A DNA stretch of 36,038 nucleotides from Barthelona sp. PAP020 (Eukaryota): NCBI GenBank assembly GCA_040182905.1, contig JARQWU010000087.1, positions 1 to 36,038 on the forward strand. The letters are read 5' to 3'. Shown here in pieces: positions 11,277 through 22,363 of this stretch (positions are counted from its first letter, which is position 1; each line of letters begins with the position of its first letter). Both the position numbers and the translations under genes were made by a program. The notes beneath the pieces were generated by a model. The model made no database searches. It saw only the letters and a list, made by a program, of their open reading frames with translations, and was not told the origin of the DNA.

Positions 11277-11720
11277 TTTAAAGAATATCCAGAAAAAAAA
11301 AACAAAAATTGAATCTTTTTTGCATTTACCAATTTTTTATAGATGATGTACTGGTGGGAAAATATAAAATTTTTGTTGTTGATTTGGAGTATTGATAGAG
11401 ATGATTTCATTTTTCTTTTGAGTTCTCCATTTATAAATATTTCGAACTTGTTGGAATCTCCAAAAATCTAGTCCTATCTCTTCCTAGGTATAGTAATATA
11501 GTATGCATAATAAAATGTATCAATTTATAAAAAATTATCAAATATGACAGTCAATTGCTGAAAAAAATACAAAATTAAAACTTTGGACTGTGATGATCTG
11601 TTCCTTTACAAAAATTGGATTCAGTGTTGTCAAAAAAATTGGAATTATTATTATTCACTGTAAAAAAGAAGGAAGGAACTCAATTTGCAAGTTTGCCAAT
11701 TTTATATCATTAAACAATTG

Positions 11721-12374
11721 ATGAATGACGATGTTTCAAATCAGATGAATGATGTGAGTTTGACAGAATTTAGAGCTTCATTACTACTGCTTCAATTCAA
11801 TAAGTTCATGGAATGTCCACCTCCAGGTGTTTGGATTCTTCCACAGAGAAATAATTTAAATCATTGGGATGGTGTGATATTTGTTCGTAAAGGCTACTGG
11901 GCTACTGGGATTTTTAAATTTTACATATTGTTTCCTGAGGAATATCCAAATAAGCCCCCTAATATATCTTTTTTTCCTCCAATTTTTCATCCTTTAGTTA
12001 ATATTTATGATGATTCATTAGATTCATCAATAATCTTTAAAAATTTTCAAAGTAAATCCAACCACGTACAAATTGTTGCAAATTATGTGTATAATATGTT
12101 TAATTCTGTTGATAAATTGAAGAAAAACGAAATTTCAAATGAAGAATGTTATGAACTGTATCAAAAACAGCATGAACAATTTGTTGAGCGATGTAAGTTT
12201 ACTGCTATTTCGTCTCAAGAAACAGTTTTTATAAATCCTTCAAATTTTGCCATTCCTTTCACAAATGAATCAGAAAATACGCTTAGGAATTTCCATGATT
12301 TTATCAAAAATCAATATGATAATGTTATTGAATCAGGAACTAGGTTTGAATTGACTAAATTTTTTCATAAATAA
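11721..12374 (+). CDS. AKTIP: AKTIP/FTS-like ubiquitin-conjugating enzyme variant (catalytically inactive UEV)
   Basis: PGVWILPQ...WDGVIFVRKGYWATGIFKFYILFPEEYP...PPIFHPLVN; no catalytic Cys after HPLV. First ATG is at 11721 (the track start 11685 is TTG). Confidence 0.8.
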   Translation: MNDDVSNQMNDVSLTEFRASLLLLQFNKFMECPPPGVWILPQRNNLNHWDGVIFVRKGYWATGIFKFYILFPEEYPNKPPNISFFPPIFHPLVNIYDDSLDSSIIFKNFQSKSNHVQIVANYVYNMFNSVDKLKKNEISNEECYELYQKQHEQFVERCKFTAISSQETVFINPSNFAIPFTNESENTLRNFHDFIKNQYDNVIESGTRFELTKFFHK

Positions 12375-12424
12375 AAGTATTTGTCAGAAGTGATTTTTCT
12401 TTACATTATTTTTTGTGTTGATTG

Positions 12425-15029
12425 ATGATACATCCTACATTTCATCTATCGTTAAATACACCTATTGATACTGGTTTATTGACGACAGGAAGTTGTATTT
12501 CATTTTGTTGTCGAAAAAAATACTAATTTTGCAGTTGATGGTGACAATTTATCAATTATATGTGGGTCAAGTACAGGTAAAATATATGTATTTAATCCAC
12601 ATAATCGAGATGAGTCCATGGATTTGGAAAAACAACAATTAAATATTAATCAAAGGATTATCAGATTAGATACGGGTAAATTACATTCTCATGGTGCTTT
12701 CGATACATTATTTTATGTGTGTGAAAATTCGATCACTGCTTTCAACATTGAAGAGAACAAGGACATATATTTTATTCAGCCTGAAGAAAATATATCAGAT
12801 GCAATTTTTTGTGAAGTTGTTGATTCTGACCCTTTGATGTACTTGGCAACAGATGGATTTTTGACTGGTTATGATGCAACAGGTGAAGAATGTAGTTGGA
12901 ATGTGTTTAACAGTGGCATCAATTCCTTGTCTAGTTTACCATATCATAAAGAACGTTATGGTATTACTCGTGAAAATGAAGGAAAACAAGGTTTGCAATT
13001 TGTGTTAGCCAATATTCATGAAAGTTCTCCCAAACAAATTTTACAAATGTTATTAGAGCCTTTACCTCAAGTGTTAGTTGTTGGTTTGATTAATAATGTC
13101 GTTCAGGTTTTGAACAGTAACAATACTGTTTTGGAACAATTTGATGTTCAAAGTGCCTTAAAGAAAGCAATTGGATTGGCTGCTATTGTAGGTTTAGAGG
13201 GATTTTTGCTTGAAAGTGAGTCGTTTGGTGTTCGATATTTTGATGATATTCTATGGACTGTTGATTCACATGATGAAGTTACAGATATTGCTTTTTTTGA
13301 TATCACAGAATCAGGATTGCCCCAGCTTGTTGTTGGTACAAAATCTGGATTATTGAAATTTTTTGATGTTGTCACTGGGAAAGAACTGTGCTCTGTCAAT
13401 TTAGAAAGCTCTATTGTGGCTTTGACAATTGCTAAAGTTGCAGATAGGGTTCAATTATTAGTTGGAACGACACGAGGTGACCTGTTTGGTTTCACTCCAT
13501 CTATTGCATCATTTGAGAGTTTATATAAAGACGTTATTGACGATATTCTTCCTAATTCTGCCCAAATACAAATGAAAAACTCAGCAAATGAATTGGAAAG
13601 GGAAACCAGATTGCGTAAACAACTGAAAGAACAAAGATTTGATCTCTTGTCCAAAGAAAGGGCTTTGGAAGCTCAAAGCAAAAAAACCAAGATCGTTGGG
13701 CCCAACAGTGCTCCCAAACAACCTGAAGTGAAAATTTCATTAAGTCACAATTATTCTTTATGTTCCTTAGATCTTATTTTATCAGTAGATAAAGGTGTTA
13801 TTGTTGGTGTTTCGTTATTTTCAGATGAAGCTTTTCTTAATGGCAATCAATTATGGCAACCTCCAGTGAATTCACCACCTCTTAAACAAGTTTCAGTGCC
13901 GTTGCAATTGTCGACTAATCGAAAAATTCAAATCACTGGAGATGTGTTTGTTGCCACGGCATCTAGTCAATCATGTGCATCAATTGTACCTCTCAATATA
14001 CATTTACCTTGTTTTCCCATGTTTGCACCAATGACCAATATATCTAGTACACTTCCACTTACTGAATATTCTATCATTGCAAATGATAGACTTTCACGTT
14101 TTATTGTTTTTATTTGTGAGATTTTTGAAGGGCATTATAATTTAATGTTAACGTTAAACGATGATTGCACATGTGAAAATCCAATTCCTTTGGCAAATAT
14201 TCGATCTAATACTGGATTTCTTACCAGTAACAATATTTACAGTTGCTCTTTAGGTTTTACTGATCTTGAAGCTCAACAAAAGTATGGAAAACCACTAAAT
14301 AACGATGATTTTTTCAATTTTGAATTAACACCTTCACAAGTAATAAAACAACGGTTAGAACAACGTTTTGATGGAGATTTAAATCCATTAAGCAGATATA
14401 AATTGGAAGATACTACACAAAATCCTACCTTAGTTGTAATATCATGTGTTGATTTGTCTCAAGCTCCAAAAGACAAAATATCTAAAGATAACCTTCCTTC
14501 TTCTGGCTTATTATTAAGCATTAAAACAAATAGTACTGGAGTTATGTCAGAGTTACGTTCTCAAATGATGAAATTTTTTGTGAGTTTTGAAAAAGTTCAA
14601 AGAGTCTTTTTGCCTGTTTGTTTGGATATTTTACAAAATGTTATTAGTAATATCTTGACTTATCATGATCGAAGGGTTTCATATCACTTAGATTTAACGG
14701 AACAATTACAAACAATAAAACAATTGGTTTTAAGACTTGAAAATGAAAGAATTTTGGAAAATTATAAAGCTTTACCTCCATTATGTCAACAACTTGCAAA
14801 TGCAAATGAAGATGCACAAAGAAAACATTTGACACGTTTAACGAATCATTTTTCTTTGGTGATAAATTTGAAATATTTATCAAAATTGATTTCTGAATTA
14901 GCTGAAGCCATTCATAATCCTCAAACCCGTCAAACGTTTGTTGTAAATTGCAGGAAATGTATTCAAACTAATCAATTGGAGGAATTATTGAAATTAGCTC
15001 AGCAAGCAATGTCAAGTTTTAGTGTATAG
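12425..15029 (+). CDS. BBS2: Bardet-Biedl syndrome 2 (BBSome subunit); exons 12425-12494 and 12535-15029
   Basis: Spliced N-terminus MIHPTFHLSLN...TTGSFDG...STGKIYVFNPH matches the BBS2 start. Also LNINQRI, ENKDIYF, GYDATGEECSW, the C-terminal NHFSLVINLKYLSKLISE and VVNCRKCIQTN. Confidence 0.88.
12495..12534 (+). other. 40-nt spliceosomal intron (phase 1) in BBS2
   Basis: GTATTT...TACTAATTTTGCAG. An alternative in-frame donor at 12492 would give 43 nt, but the 40-nt version restores the G-x-F/Y-D-G spacing. Confidence 0.85.
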
Positions 15030-15435
15030 CGAATGTGTTCTTTTTAATTTTTCTTTGGAACTGAAGGTCGTAACGTTTTCCAAGACTTTCCCAAAGTTAA
15101 GACGGTCAGAATGGATTGACAAATAATAAACATTAATTTATATTTATTTTTAAGTTGTTTTTTGATTATCAATTTGGATATTCTTCTAAATCGTGCAAAA
15201 ATAATTTTGATATTATTAGAAATTTTAAAACATTGAATAGAAATAGAAACAATCTAAATTTTTGGGAAAAAGGAGCTTAACAATAATTTCGATTTTGCAA
15301 AAGAACGAGATTTGTGTGTGAATTGTTTTCTTTGATTGTTAACCCTAATTTTTTTAAAATCTTCAATCACTTTAAAAAACAAAATTTTTTTTTTTCATCC
15401 TTTTATTCCTTAAAATTTACAAATAATTTTATTCT

Positions 15436-17289
15436 TTACCATTCATCATATTGAGTGGAAAAAGCAGATTGATATTCTTGTTTATTAGACTTACCAGTCT
15501 TATTATACTTAGATTTCGTTTGTTTTCTCACATCAACGTTACTGTATCTGGAAGAGTTGCTATAGTTATTAAATTTGGAAGAACCATTTCTACGTTTAGG
15601 TTTTGAAACTTGATAAACTGCATTTTGCAACCATTGTGGAATGTTCTGGTCTGCTTCAGTCATTTTATCAACAATACCAACCAACATATTGCTGTTTAAA
15701 TTGACATCAACAAAAGCAGTAGCTACACCATGAGCACCTGCTCTACCAGTTCTTCCAATACGATGGATGTAAGGTTCAATAGAAGATGGCAAATCATACT
15801 GAATAACATGTGAAATATTTGGAATGTTGATTCCTCTAGCAGCAACATCTGTGGCCACTAAAATTGAAACTGCACCTCTTTTAAATGAGTTCAAACATCT
15901 TTCACGTTCAGCTTGATCTCGATCTCCGTGCAATCTAGTACATCTGTAGCCTTTGCTAAAAAGATACTCATGTAAATGGTCCGCAGTGATTTTCATCTCA
16001 ACAAAAATTACTGTTTGCTTGTCTGGATTTTGTGATAAAATGTCTTCAAGCATTTCTTTTTTCATTATTTCATTATTTGGTGCTTTAACAACCCTTTGAG
16101 AAATGTTTTGAGTAACCTTTCCAATTTTTCCAACAGCAACAAAAACATAATTGGGTAATAAAAAGTCTTTAGCAAGAGATTGAATCTTACGAGGGAACGT
16201 TGCAGAGAACATTACTGTGTGTCTTTCAGATTTAGGGGGCATTTGATAATTATCAACAATAGAACGCACATCAGGCTCAAATCCAATGTCTAACATATGA
16301 TCTGCTTCATCTAAAACGAAGAATTTAACCTTACTTAAATCAACTACACCTTCTTTTAAAAAGTGTTCCAAACGTCCAGGACAACCACATAAAATATGAG
16401 ATCCTTGAACCAATTTACTTCTTTGGAAATGGGTCTTAGCACCTCCATAAACAGCATCTGTCTTTAAACCAGTATTATAACAAAATTTAGTTGCTTCAAG
16501 ATGTGTCTGAATACATAATTCTCGTGTAGGTGCTAAAATAATACAACTAGGCGTTGCAACACCATTTTCTTCACCAGTTGTTTTGTTTATCTCATTGGTC
16601 AACAAATCATGAATAACTGGAAATAAAAATGCAGCCGTTTTTCCAGAACCAGTAGGAGCAGCAGTCATTACATCACGACCATGCCAAACAATTGGTAACG
16701 AATATTTTTGAATTAATGAAGGAACTGTGAAGAAAGCACGACGAATATTAACCATTAAGCAAGGGTGAAATTCAAAATCATTGAATGATTCAATATGTTC
16801 TGGAATGGGTTCTTCACCGGAAACTTCGACTGGAATATTATCATAGGCTCGAATATTTGATCCTTTTTTTGGAGGTTTTGTTGGAAATAATTCCGCTTCA
16901 GTGTATCCACTGGGTGGTACACTTTTAGCTCTGATAGTATTAACTGCAATTGCACCTAATGTATCAAAACGTGAACCAACAGAAGAATTGGAAGGAGAAC
17001 TTGAATCAAAACTGGAAGATATTGTTAAATAATCACCTTGAGGAGGAGGAGTTGCAGAAAAGGAACTAAAAGATTCATTTTTTCCCATTTTAGAAGAAAA
17101 TGAGCTTGAACTATCACTTTTAAATAATCTTGGTGAATTATTAGGTGAAGTTCTTACTTGGATAGAGGGAACTGGAGAATCTGTTCTGATAGCAGGTGTT
17201 TTGGTTCTTCTGTGGGGAGGTATATACAGATCTGATCTAGATGGCTTCAAATATGATCTAGATTCATTATCATTTGAATTATTATTCAT
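15436..17289 (-). CDS. DED1: DEAD-box RNA helicase, DDX3/Ded1 subfamily
   Basis: N-terminal YIPPHRR; motifs APTGSGKT, PTREL, DEADHMLDIGFEP, SAT, ARGINI, HRIGRTGRAG; C-terminal Trp. Confidence 0.88.
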   Translation of the reverse strand: MNNNSNDNESRSYLKPSRSDLYIPPHRRTKTPAIRTDSPVPSIQVRTSPNNSPRLFKSDSSSSFSSKMGKNESFSSFSATPPPQGDYLTISSSFDSSSPSNSSVGSRFDTLGAIAVNTIRAKSVPPSGYTEAELFPTKPPKKGSNIRAYDNIPVEVSGEEPIPEHIESFNDFEFHPCLMVNIRRAFFTVPSLIQKYSLPIVWHGRDVMTAAPTGSGKTAAFLFPVIHDLLTNEINKTTGEENGVATPSCIILAPTRELCIQTHLEATKFCYNTGLKTDAVYGGAKTHFQRSKLVQGSHILCGCPGRLEHFLKEGVVDLSKVKFFVLDEADHMLDIGFEPDVRSIVDNYQMPPKSERHTVMFSATFPRKIQSLAKDFLLPNYVFVAVGKIGKVTQNISQRVVKAPNNEIMKKEMLEDILSQNPDKQTVIFVEMKITADHLHEYLFSKGYRCTRLHGDRDQAERERCLNSFKRGAVSILVATDVAARGINIPNISHVIQYDLPSSIEPYIHRIGRTGRAGAHGVATAFVDVNLNSNMLVGIVDKMTEADQNIPQWLQNAVYQVSKPKRRNGSSKFNNYSNSSRYSNVDVRKQTKSKYNKTGKSNKQEYQSAFSTQYDEW

Positions 17290-17488
17290 AAAAAAATAAG
17301 AATTTTTTTTTCACCCCACAATTTTTTTCAGTTTGCAAAGAAGAATCATTTTTTCCAAAGAAAAAGAAAGAAAACTGTATATTAAATAATATATTGAACC
17401 CCAAAAAAGGAAATCAAGAAATAATTTACAATCAAAACAAAATGAAAAATAAAAACAGAAAAATACAATTATTTATTTATTCATTAAT

Positions 17489-20400
17489 TTATTGATCTAA
17501 AGAAGGTAATTTTTCTTTTGCCATTGGTCTTCCAGTCCTCACATTTGATAATTCAGCCATTTTTTCCAACTCTTCAAAACGATTCTGTAATTTGGTAATT
17601 TCTGCATCTTGCATTGCCAATTCTTGATAAACTTCCGCATGCCTTTGTTTTTCAATTTCAAAATTGTTGATTGGTTGAACCAAATCTTCCCTCAAACTTC
17701 TAATTTCAGATATCAAAGACATGTTATCAGAAATTAGATTGGAATATTCGTCACGAATTGAATTTTCAGCTTCATTTAGAGCTTTAGAAGCAATTTGGAT
17801 TTGTTTTTTCAAGTGGTGAACTTGGTTAATGTGCTCTTGTTCCATATTCTTTTCCATGTTTTCATCTTCAAAAACTTGAGTTTTATTATCTTCTAAAGTT
17901 GTATTTAATCGCATTTTTTCCAAACCATTAACAGGAATTAAACGATTTAGCTTATCTGCCAGAATTACGGGATCATTTTCCTTTTGTATAACACTGTGTA
18001 TTTTAGATTTCAATCTTAATATTTGTGATTTAATCTTTTCTGAATCAGAAGCTTTCATCTGAGAATCTTTTTGAATATTTGCATATTTTTCTCTCAAACT
18101 TTCGAGAATATTTGTTAAATCAAAATTCTTTTTGTGATATTCCTCCAGTTGTGAATCAATACGTTCAATTTTTTCATTCATGATATCAATTTGATGTATT
18201 TTGGGGTCAATTTCTGATTTCAATTTTTTAATTTTGTGATCAAAGACATATTTGAACTTTTCTAAAGTTCGGTTCTGCTTCTTTAACTCCGAAATTTTAT
18301 TCTCTCTCATCCCAATGCCTCCATCCAATTTTTCAATTGTTTGTTTACAAGATAATTTTTTCTTTTCTAAGGCTTCTTGTCTGTTTCTTAATGTGCGATT
18401 AGTATCTTCCAAATTTTTCTTCTCTGCAACACTTTCTTGATGACTTTTCTCTTTTGTGATATTATTCTTTTCTTGCATACTATTTTCAGCTCTTAATTGT
18501 CCGAGAATACTGCTTGCTTCTTCTAATTTTTTCTTTTCGGTTTCATCAACTTTTGCTCTTTCAATATCAAAATCTTCTTGCATTTGTAACATTGCAATTT
18601 TATAAGCTTGTTCAGCAAGAATATTTTCTTGCTTATAATTGTTCAATTGCAATGTATCTTCATGGATTTGTAATTTATGTTGATTTCTCGTTTCATCAAG
18701 TGACTTAGAGTTACCTTCCTGTAAATCTCGTTTCTTTTCAGTTTGAAGCTTCTTTTTTCTTTCAAATTCAACTGTTAGTTGCTCAAATTTATTCGCATCA
18801 TCAGCCAATTGAGCATTAAAAGATTCTAATAAGGAATCCAATTCATTTTGATTTTTCTCTTCCAATGCACTCAAAGATTCAGAATTCTCTCTGATCATTT
18901 TTGAACGTTTCTCCTGCAATTGTTTTATTCTAGTTCTTAAAGTATCAAGTTCGTTCTCTTTATTCATCTCTATTTCAATGATTTCTGTTTCATATTGCTT
19001 TCTTAAGGTAACCAATGAATGATTATAATGTGTTTGGTTGTTATCTAAAGTGCGTTTCAACTCTTGTGAATCATTGTCTAATTCTTCAATTTGCCCACGT
19101 GTCAACAAGACTTCATCCGGTAATGATTCAACAGAACGTTTAAAAGGGGTGTTACCAATTAACTCATCATGTAAACCAATTAAACCATCAGCACTGACTG
19201 AAATCAGTCCATTTCCATCGGAAGTTACTGCAAGGAAAACCACAGCTTCCTTATGATATTTCCTCATGGAAGTTGGTCTCGATCCTCCTCTTTGAGGTAA
19301 AGGCAATTGATATGTACATATCTCACCATGATCAAGACCTGCTATAAGAACACGTGCATCATTATCAACAGCTAAAGAAAGTACATTTCTTCCAGTTTCA
19401 GTAAGATCAGCTAATCCTGCAATAGAAGGTCCAGTAATAGCTTTTATTAGACAATCTGACCCGGAGGCAAAAACTGTTCTTTGATTTCTTTTCGGTCTGG
19501 CAACACAATGATACTTACAATTTTGTGAAACATTTTCAGCATTACGCTGACAAGTTTGAAGATTCCAAGAATAAACACCACCATCCAATCCAACAGAAGT
19601 TAAACTTAAATCATCCTCATTCCAAGAAACAGCTTTAACACGACTTGAATGAGCTCTCAAGACTGTAAGAACAGCTGCACTAGTAAAAGAAATGATAGAA
19701 ATATTATTAGAATGACCCACGGCAATTAATTGTCCACCTGTAGAAAACTCAACGGCTTGAGCTTTCTTGATAGGGAAACTACTTAATTCTTTGAGACTTT
19801 CATGAATTATGGCATATATACGCAGTTTATCCCCAAATCCAATTGCCATATAATGTCCACATGGATGTAAAGAACAAGAATAAACTTCTTCAGGAAACTC
19901 TTCAAAATATTCCAACTCACCAGATACGTAGTTATATATAAATATACTACTCATTGAGTTTTCAGTTGAAGCTGCAGTGACCAAAGCAACAATGCTTCTT
20001 CTAGAAGATATAGCTGCATCTCGAATCTTCTCATTGGCAAAACGATGAAGTAAAATTTTTGCAGGAATAATCCCATCATTGAGCTCCGAAAAATTGATGG
20101 AAAGTAACTGTCTGGTGTTAGAGATCACATATAACAAACAACTCTCAGGATTTGCAACAACAGCACAAGCAATTTGAGAACCATTTTCAACACCAATATT
20201 GCTGGTGGCAATTTTTTCAAAAGTGTTTGGATCAACAAATGAGGGATCCAAATGATCTGTTTGATATAAATCACAGAAACCATCTTCATAGACTACAACA
20301 AAACCATTATTAACTCCAAGTATATCAAGAATTTTAGAATCATAACTATAGGGAACAGTGCGAATTACAGTATTACCCCTTGTAAAAATTAGTTGTTTAT

Positions 20401-21043
20401 TTGTTGCAATCACTGTTAATTGGTCAGACAAATATAAACCAGCCATGATATCAGTAGTATGTGTTTTGTCTTGAGAATGAACATTCAAGGTTCTCTCATT
20501 ATCAATATACTTTAAAGTATATAACAACCCGTTTGTTCCAATCAAATTAATGATCCTTTGAGGTGATGGTGACCAAAAAGCATTGATGAAAGATTGATTA
20601 TTCTCACATAAGGATGAAATTTGTGCAACAACATCCTTCCTTTCACGATTTAAAAAGTACACATTGTTTGAAGGTGCTGAAGTTAATACAATAATATACA
20701 TATCATCATTTGAAAAGGACATTGATATTACATCAGATTTTGCAATATCTTTTAATACATATGCTCTTAACTTTCGATGATTTTGCAAATAATACAAAGA
20801 AATATTGGTTATTTGAGTGGTTTTTGATTTTTCTGCAACAACTAAATATTTTCCATTGGGTGAAATGGCAATTGCGGATATTTCATCAGTATCCTCTGTC
20901 ATAGATATAATTTTTTGTTCATATGTCTCTAAATTTAGGTGTACAATTGATAAACCAACAGTATACAATATGGAAGAATCAGAAACTACTTGAATTCCTC
21001 CAGATCGTATTAAACTTAACCCCAGAAGTTGTCGCAAAGTCAT
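17489..21043 (-). CDS. CFAP57: Cilia- and flagella-associated protein 57 (WD40 propellers plus long coiled coil)
   Basis: SLHPCGHYMAIGFGDKLRIY, FSTGGQLIAVG, LRAHSSRV, GLDGGVYSW; coiled coil with ISELKKQNRTLEKFKYVFDHKIKKLKSEIDPK. Confidence 0.9.
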   Translation of the reverse strand: MTLRQLLGLSLIRSGGIQVVSDSSILYTVGLSIVHLNLETYEQKIISMTEDTDEISAIAISPNGKYLVVAEKSKTTQITNISLYYLQNHRKLRAYVLKDIAKSDVISMSFSNDDMYIIVLTSAPSNNVYFLNRERKDVVAQISSLCENNQSFINAFWSPSPQRIINLIGTNGLLYTLKYIDNERTLNVHSQDKTHTTDIMAGLYLSDQLTVIATNKQLIFTRGNTVIRTVPYSYDSKILDILGVNNGFVVVYEDGFCDLYQTDHLDPSFVDPNTFEKIATSNIGVENGSQIACAVVANPESCLLYVISNTRQLLSINFSELNDGIIPAKILLHRFANEKIRDAAISSRRSIVALVTAASTENSMSSIFIYNYVSGELEYFEEFPEEVYSCSLHPCGHYMAIGFGDKLRIYAIIHESLKELSSFPIKKAQAVEFSTGGQLIAVGHSNNISIISFTSAAVLTVLRAHSSRVKAVSWNEDDLSLTSVGLDGGVYSWNLQTCQRNAENVSQNCKYHCVARPKRNQRTVFASGSDCLIKAITGPSIAGLADLTETGRNVLSLAVDNDARVLIAGLDHGEICTYQLPLPQRGGSRPTSMRKYHKEAVVFLAVTSDGNGLISVSADGLIGLHDELIGNTPFKRSVESLPDEVLLTRGQIEELDNDSQELKRTLDNNQTHYNHSLVTLRKQYETEIIEIEMNKENELDTLRTRIKQLQEKRSKMIRENSESLSALEEKNQNELDSLLESFNAQLADDANKFEQLTVEFERKKKLQTEKKRDLQEGNSKSLDETRNQHKLQIHEDTLQLNNYKQENILAEQAYKIAMLQMQEDFDIERAKVDETEKKKLEEASSILGQLRAENSMQEKNNITKEKSHQESVAEKKNLEDTNRTLRNRQEALEKKKLSCKQTIEKLDGGIGMRENKISELKKQNRTLEKFKYVFDHKIKKLKSEIDPKIHQIDIMNEKIERIDSQLEEYHKKNFDLTNILESLREKYANIQKDSQMKASDSEKIKSQILRLKSKIHSVIQKENDPVILADKLNRLIPVNGLEKMRLNTTLEDNKTQVFEDENMEKNMEQEHINQVHHLKKQIQIASKALNEAENSIRDEYSNLISDNMSLISEIRSLREDLVQPINNFEIEKQRHAEVYQELAMQDAEITKLQNRFEELEKMAELSNVRTGRPMAKEKLPSLDQ

Positions 21044-21134
21044 TTTAATTGAAGGTTAATGCTTGAAAATTCAAAAAACAAAAGTTATTTTTTTATTTTT
21101 TTAATGTCAAAAAATTAATCAATTTCTCAAGATT

Positions 21135-21938
21135 TTAACGCATTGGCGTTTGAAGGTCTACATTTTTCATGTCAAAATGTGCTGGACTTTCTAAATAAGC
21201 CAACGCGTCTGTTACATATCCTTGCAAAGGTTGACGAGTAAACGGATCTCTACCATCTTGTTGATATATTAAACGAGCACAATCATTACACACATGTAAT
21301 TTTGAAGGAAGAAGGAGAGCTTTTTTTTCATTTGACAAACAGATTGGGCACAGTCTTCCTTTTGATCTTTGTTGCAAGTATTTTTGCACATGAATCAGTT
21401 GTTGTTTCAATTCTCTGAATTTTTTGAGAATTTCTTGATGGTTGGTCTTGAGGCTGTTTATTTCATCCACCAACAAGTCATCTGGACAGTTATTGTCCAA
21501 TTTTAACAGCTTTTTAATTTGGCTTGTAACTTTTGTTTTTTGTATATTATTTGCTTCATTATTATTGTTTCTTTCATTGATGTTATTTCTTTCAATATTG
21601 AGATTTCTTTTGTTGATGTTATTTCTTTCATTCTTGTTCTTTTCATGTATTTCTGCTTTGACAACTTGTAATTCGAATTCCAATTGTTGAATTTTTCTTT
21701 CTTGTTGTTTGATTTTGTTGTTTTGATTGTATATGGAAGTTTGGCATTCATTATTATTTTGATGAAGCTTTTGATTTTGTAAATGCACACGTTTTTTTTC
21801 TTCTTGAAGGTTTGTATAAGCAGAATTTTCTTTCATTCTTTCCCTTTCCAAAGAGTTGACCAACCTTTCTAATTGTTTTATTGCAGCATTTGAATTTGTT
21901 CCAATAATTCCTGCAAGTTCAGTTTTCAATGAATTCAT
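21135..21938 (-). CDS. Coiled-coil protein with C-terminal degenerate RING/U-box-like domain (putative E3 ligase)
   Basis: Coiled coil and Asn-rich repeat followed by CPIC...LLPSKLHVCNDC...DPFTRQPL. Confidence 0.75.
   Translation of the reverse strand: MNSLKTELAGIIGTNSNAAIKQLERLVNSLERERMKENSAYTNLQEEKKRVHLQNQKLHQNNNECQTSIYNQNNKIKQQERKIQQLEFELQVVKAEIHEKNKNERNNINKRNLNIERNNINERNNNNEANNIQKTKVTSQIKKLLKLDNNCPDDLLVDEINSLKTNHQEILKKFRELKQQLIHVQKYLQQRSKGRLCPICLSNEKKALLLPSKLHVCNDCARLIYQQDGRDPFTRQPLQGYVTDALAYLESPAHFDMKNVDLQTPMR
21555..21632 (-). repeat. Degenerate 18-bp coding tandem repeat (NERNNI-like, about 4 copies)
   Basis: Recurring ttgatgttatttctttca on the + strand; protein NERNNI-NKRNLN-IERNNI-NERNNN. 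Confidence 0.65.
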
Positions 21939-22033
21939 AAAATCAAAAATGAATTTTGCAGGCAGTTCCTTAATTTTTTTTTTGATTTTTCTTTTGTTTC
22001 CATTTTGATTTTTGCCTTTTTTAATTTCTTTTT

Positions 22034-22363
22034 ATGAGTAAAATCAAAAAATCGGAGGAATTAATTGAAAGAATTAATCGTTGTGAAAAAAATGTCTTTG
22101 AATTGTTAGATTTGTTTGAATTAACCACTGAAGCATTGGCTGATTATGATATAGAAAAAAATGAAAATGTTATTGACTATGCACGAGATTTTAGAAAAAT
22201 TATGGATACTTTGAAAATTGAGTTGAATAGCGTTGTGAATGAAATACAAAATCCATCATTACAAACACGAAATAGTGATGAAAATATTCTTAAATTTTAT
22301 GAACATATAGTTGAAGATGAGTATGACTTTAAGAATGAGAATAATGATTCAATGCAACAATGA
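22034..22363 (+). CDS. Small helical protein, Mediator subunit 11-like
   Basis: 109 aa; ERINRCEKNVFELLDLFELTTEAL...ARDFRKIMDTLKIELNSVVNEI matches the size and two-helix pattern recalled for Med11. Confidence 0.5.
   Translation: MSKIKKSEELIERINRCEKNVFELLDLFELTTEALADYDIEKNENVIDYARDFRKIMDTLKIELNSVVNEIQNPSLQTRNSDENILKFYEHIVEDEYDFKNENNDSMQQ

Noticed and set aside
11338..11484. Minus-strand open frame EEIGLDFWRFQQVRNIYKW...PPVHHL after a TACCTAG acceptor-like site
   Set aside because: There is no GT donor at the 40-43 nt distance, no ACTAAT branch point, no upstream ATG exon and no recognisable homology.
11590..11660. Box C-like GTGATGA suggesting a C/D snoRNA (also ATGATGA at 34600)
   Set aside because: No downstream box D (CTGA) or terminal stem at a suitable distance.
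15341..15348. Telomere/telo-box-like AACCCTAA
   Set aside because: A single copy, expected by chance.
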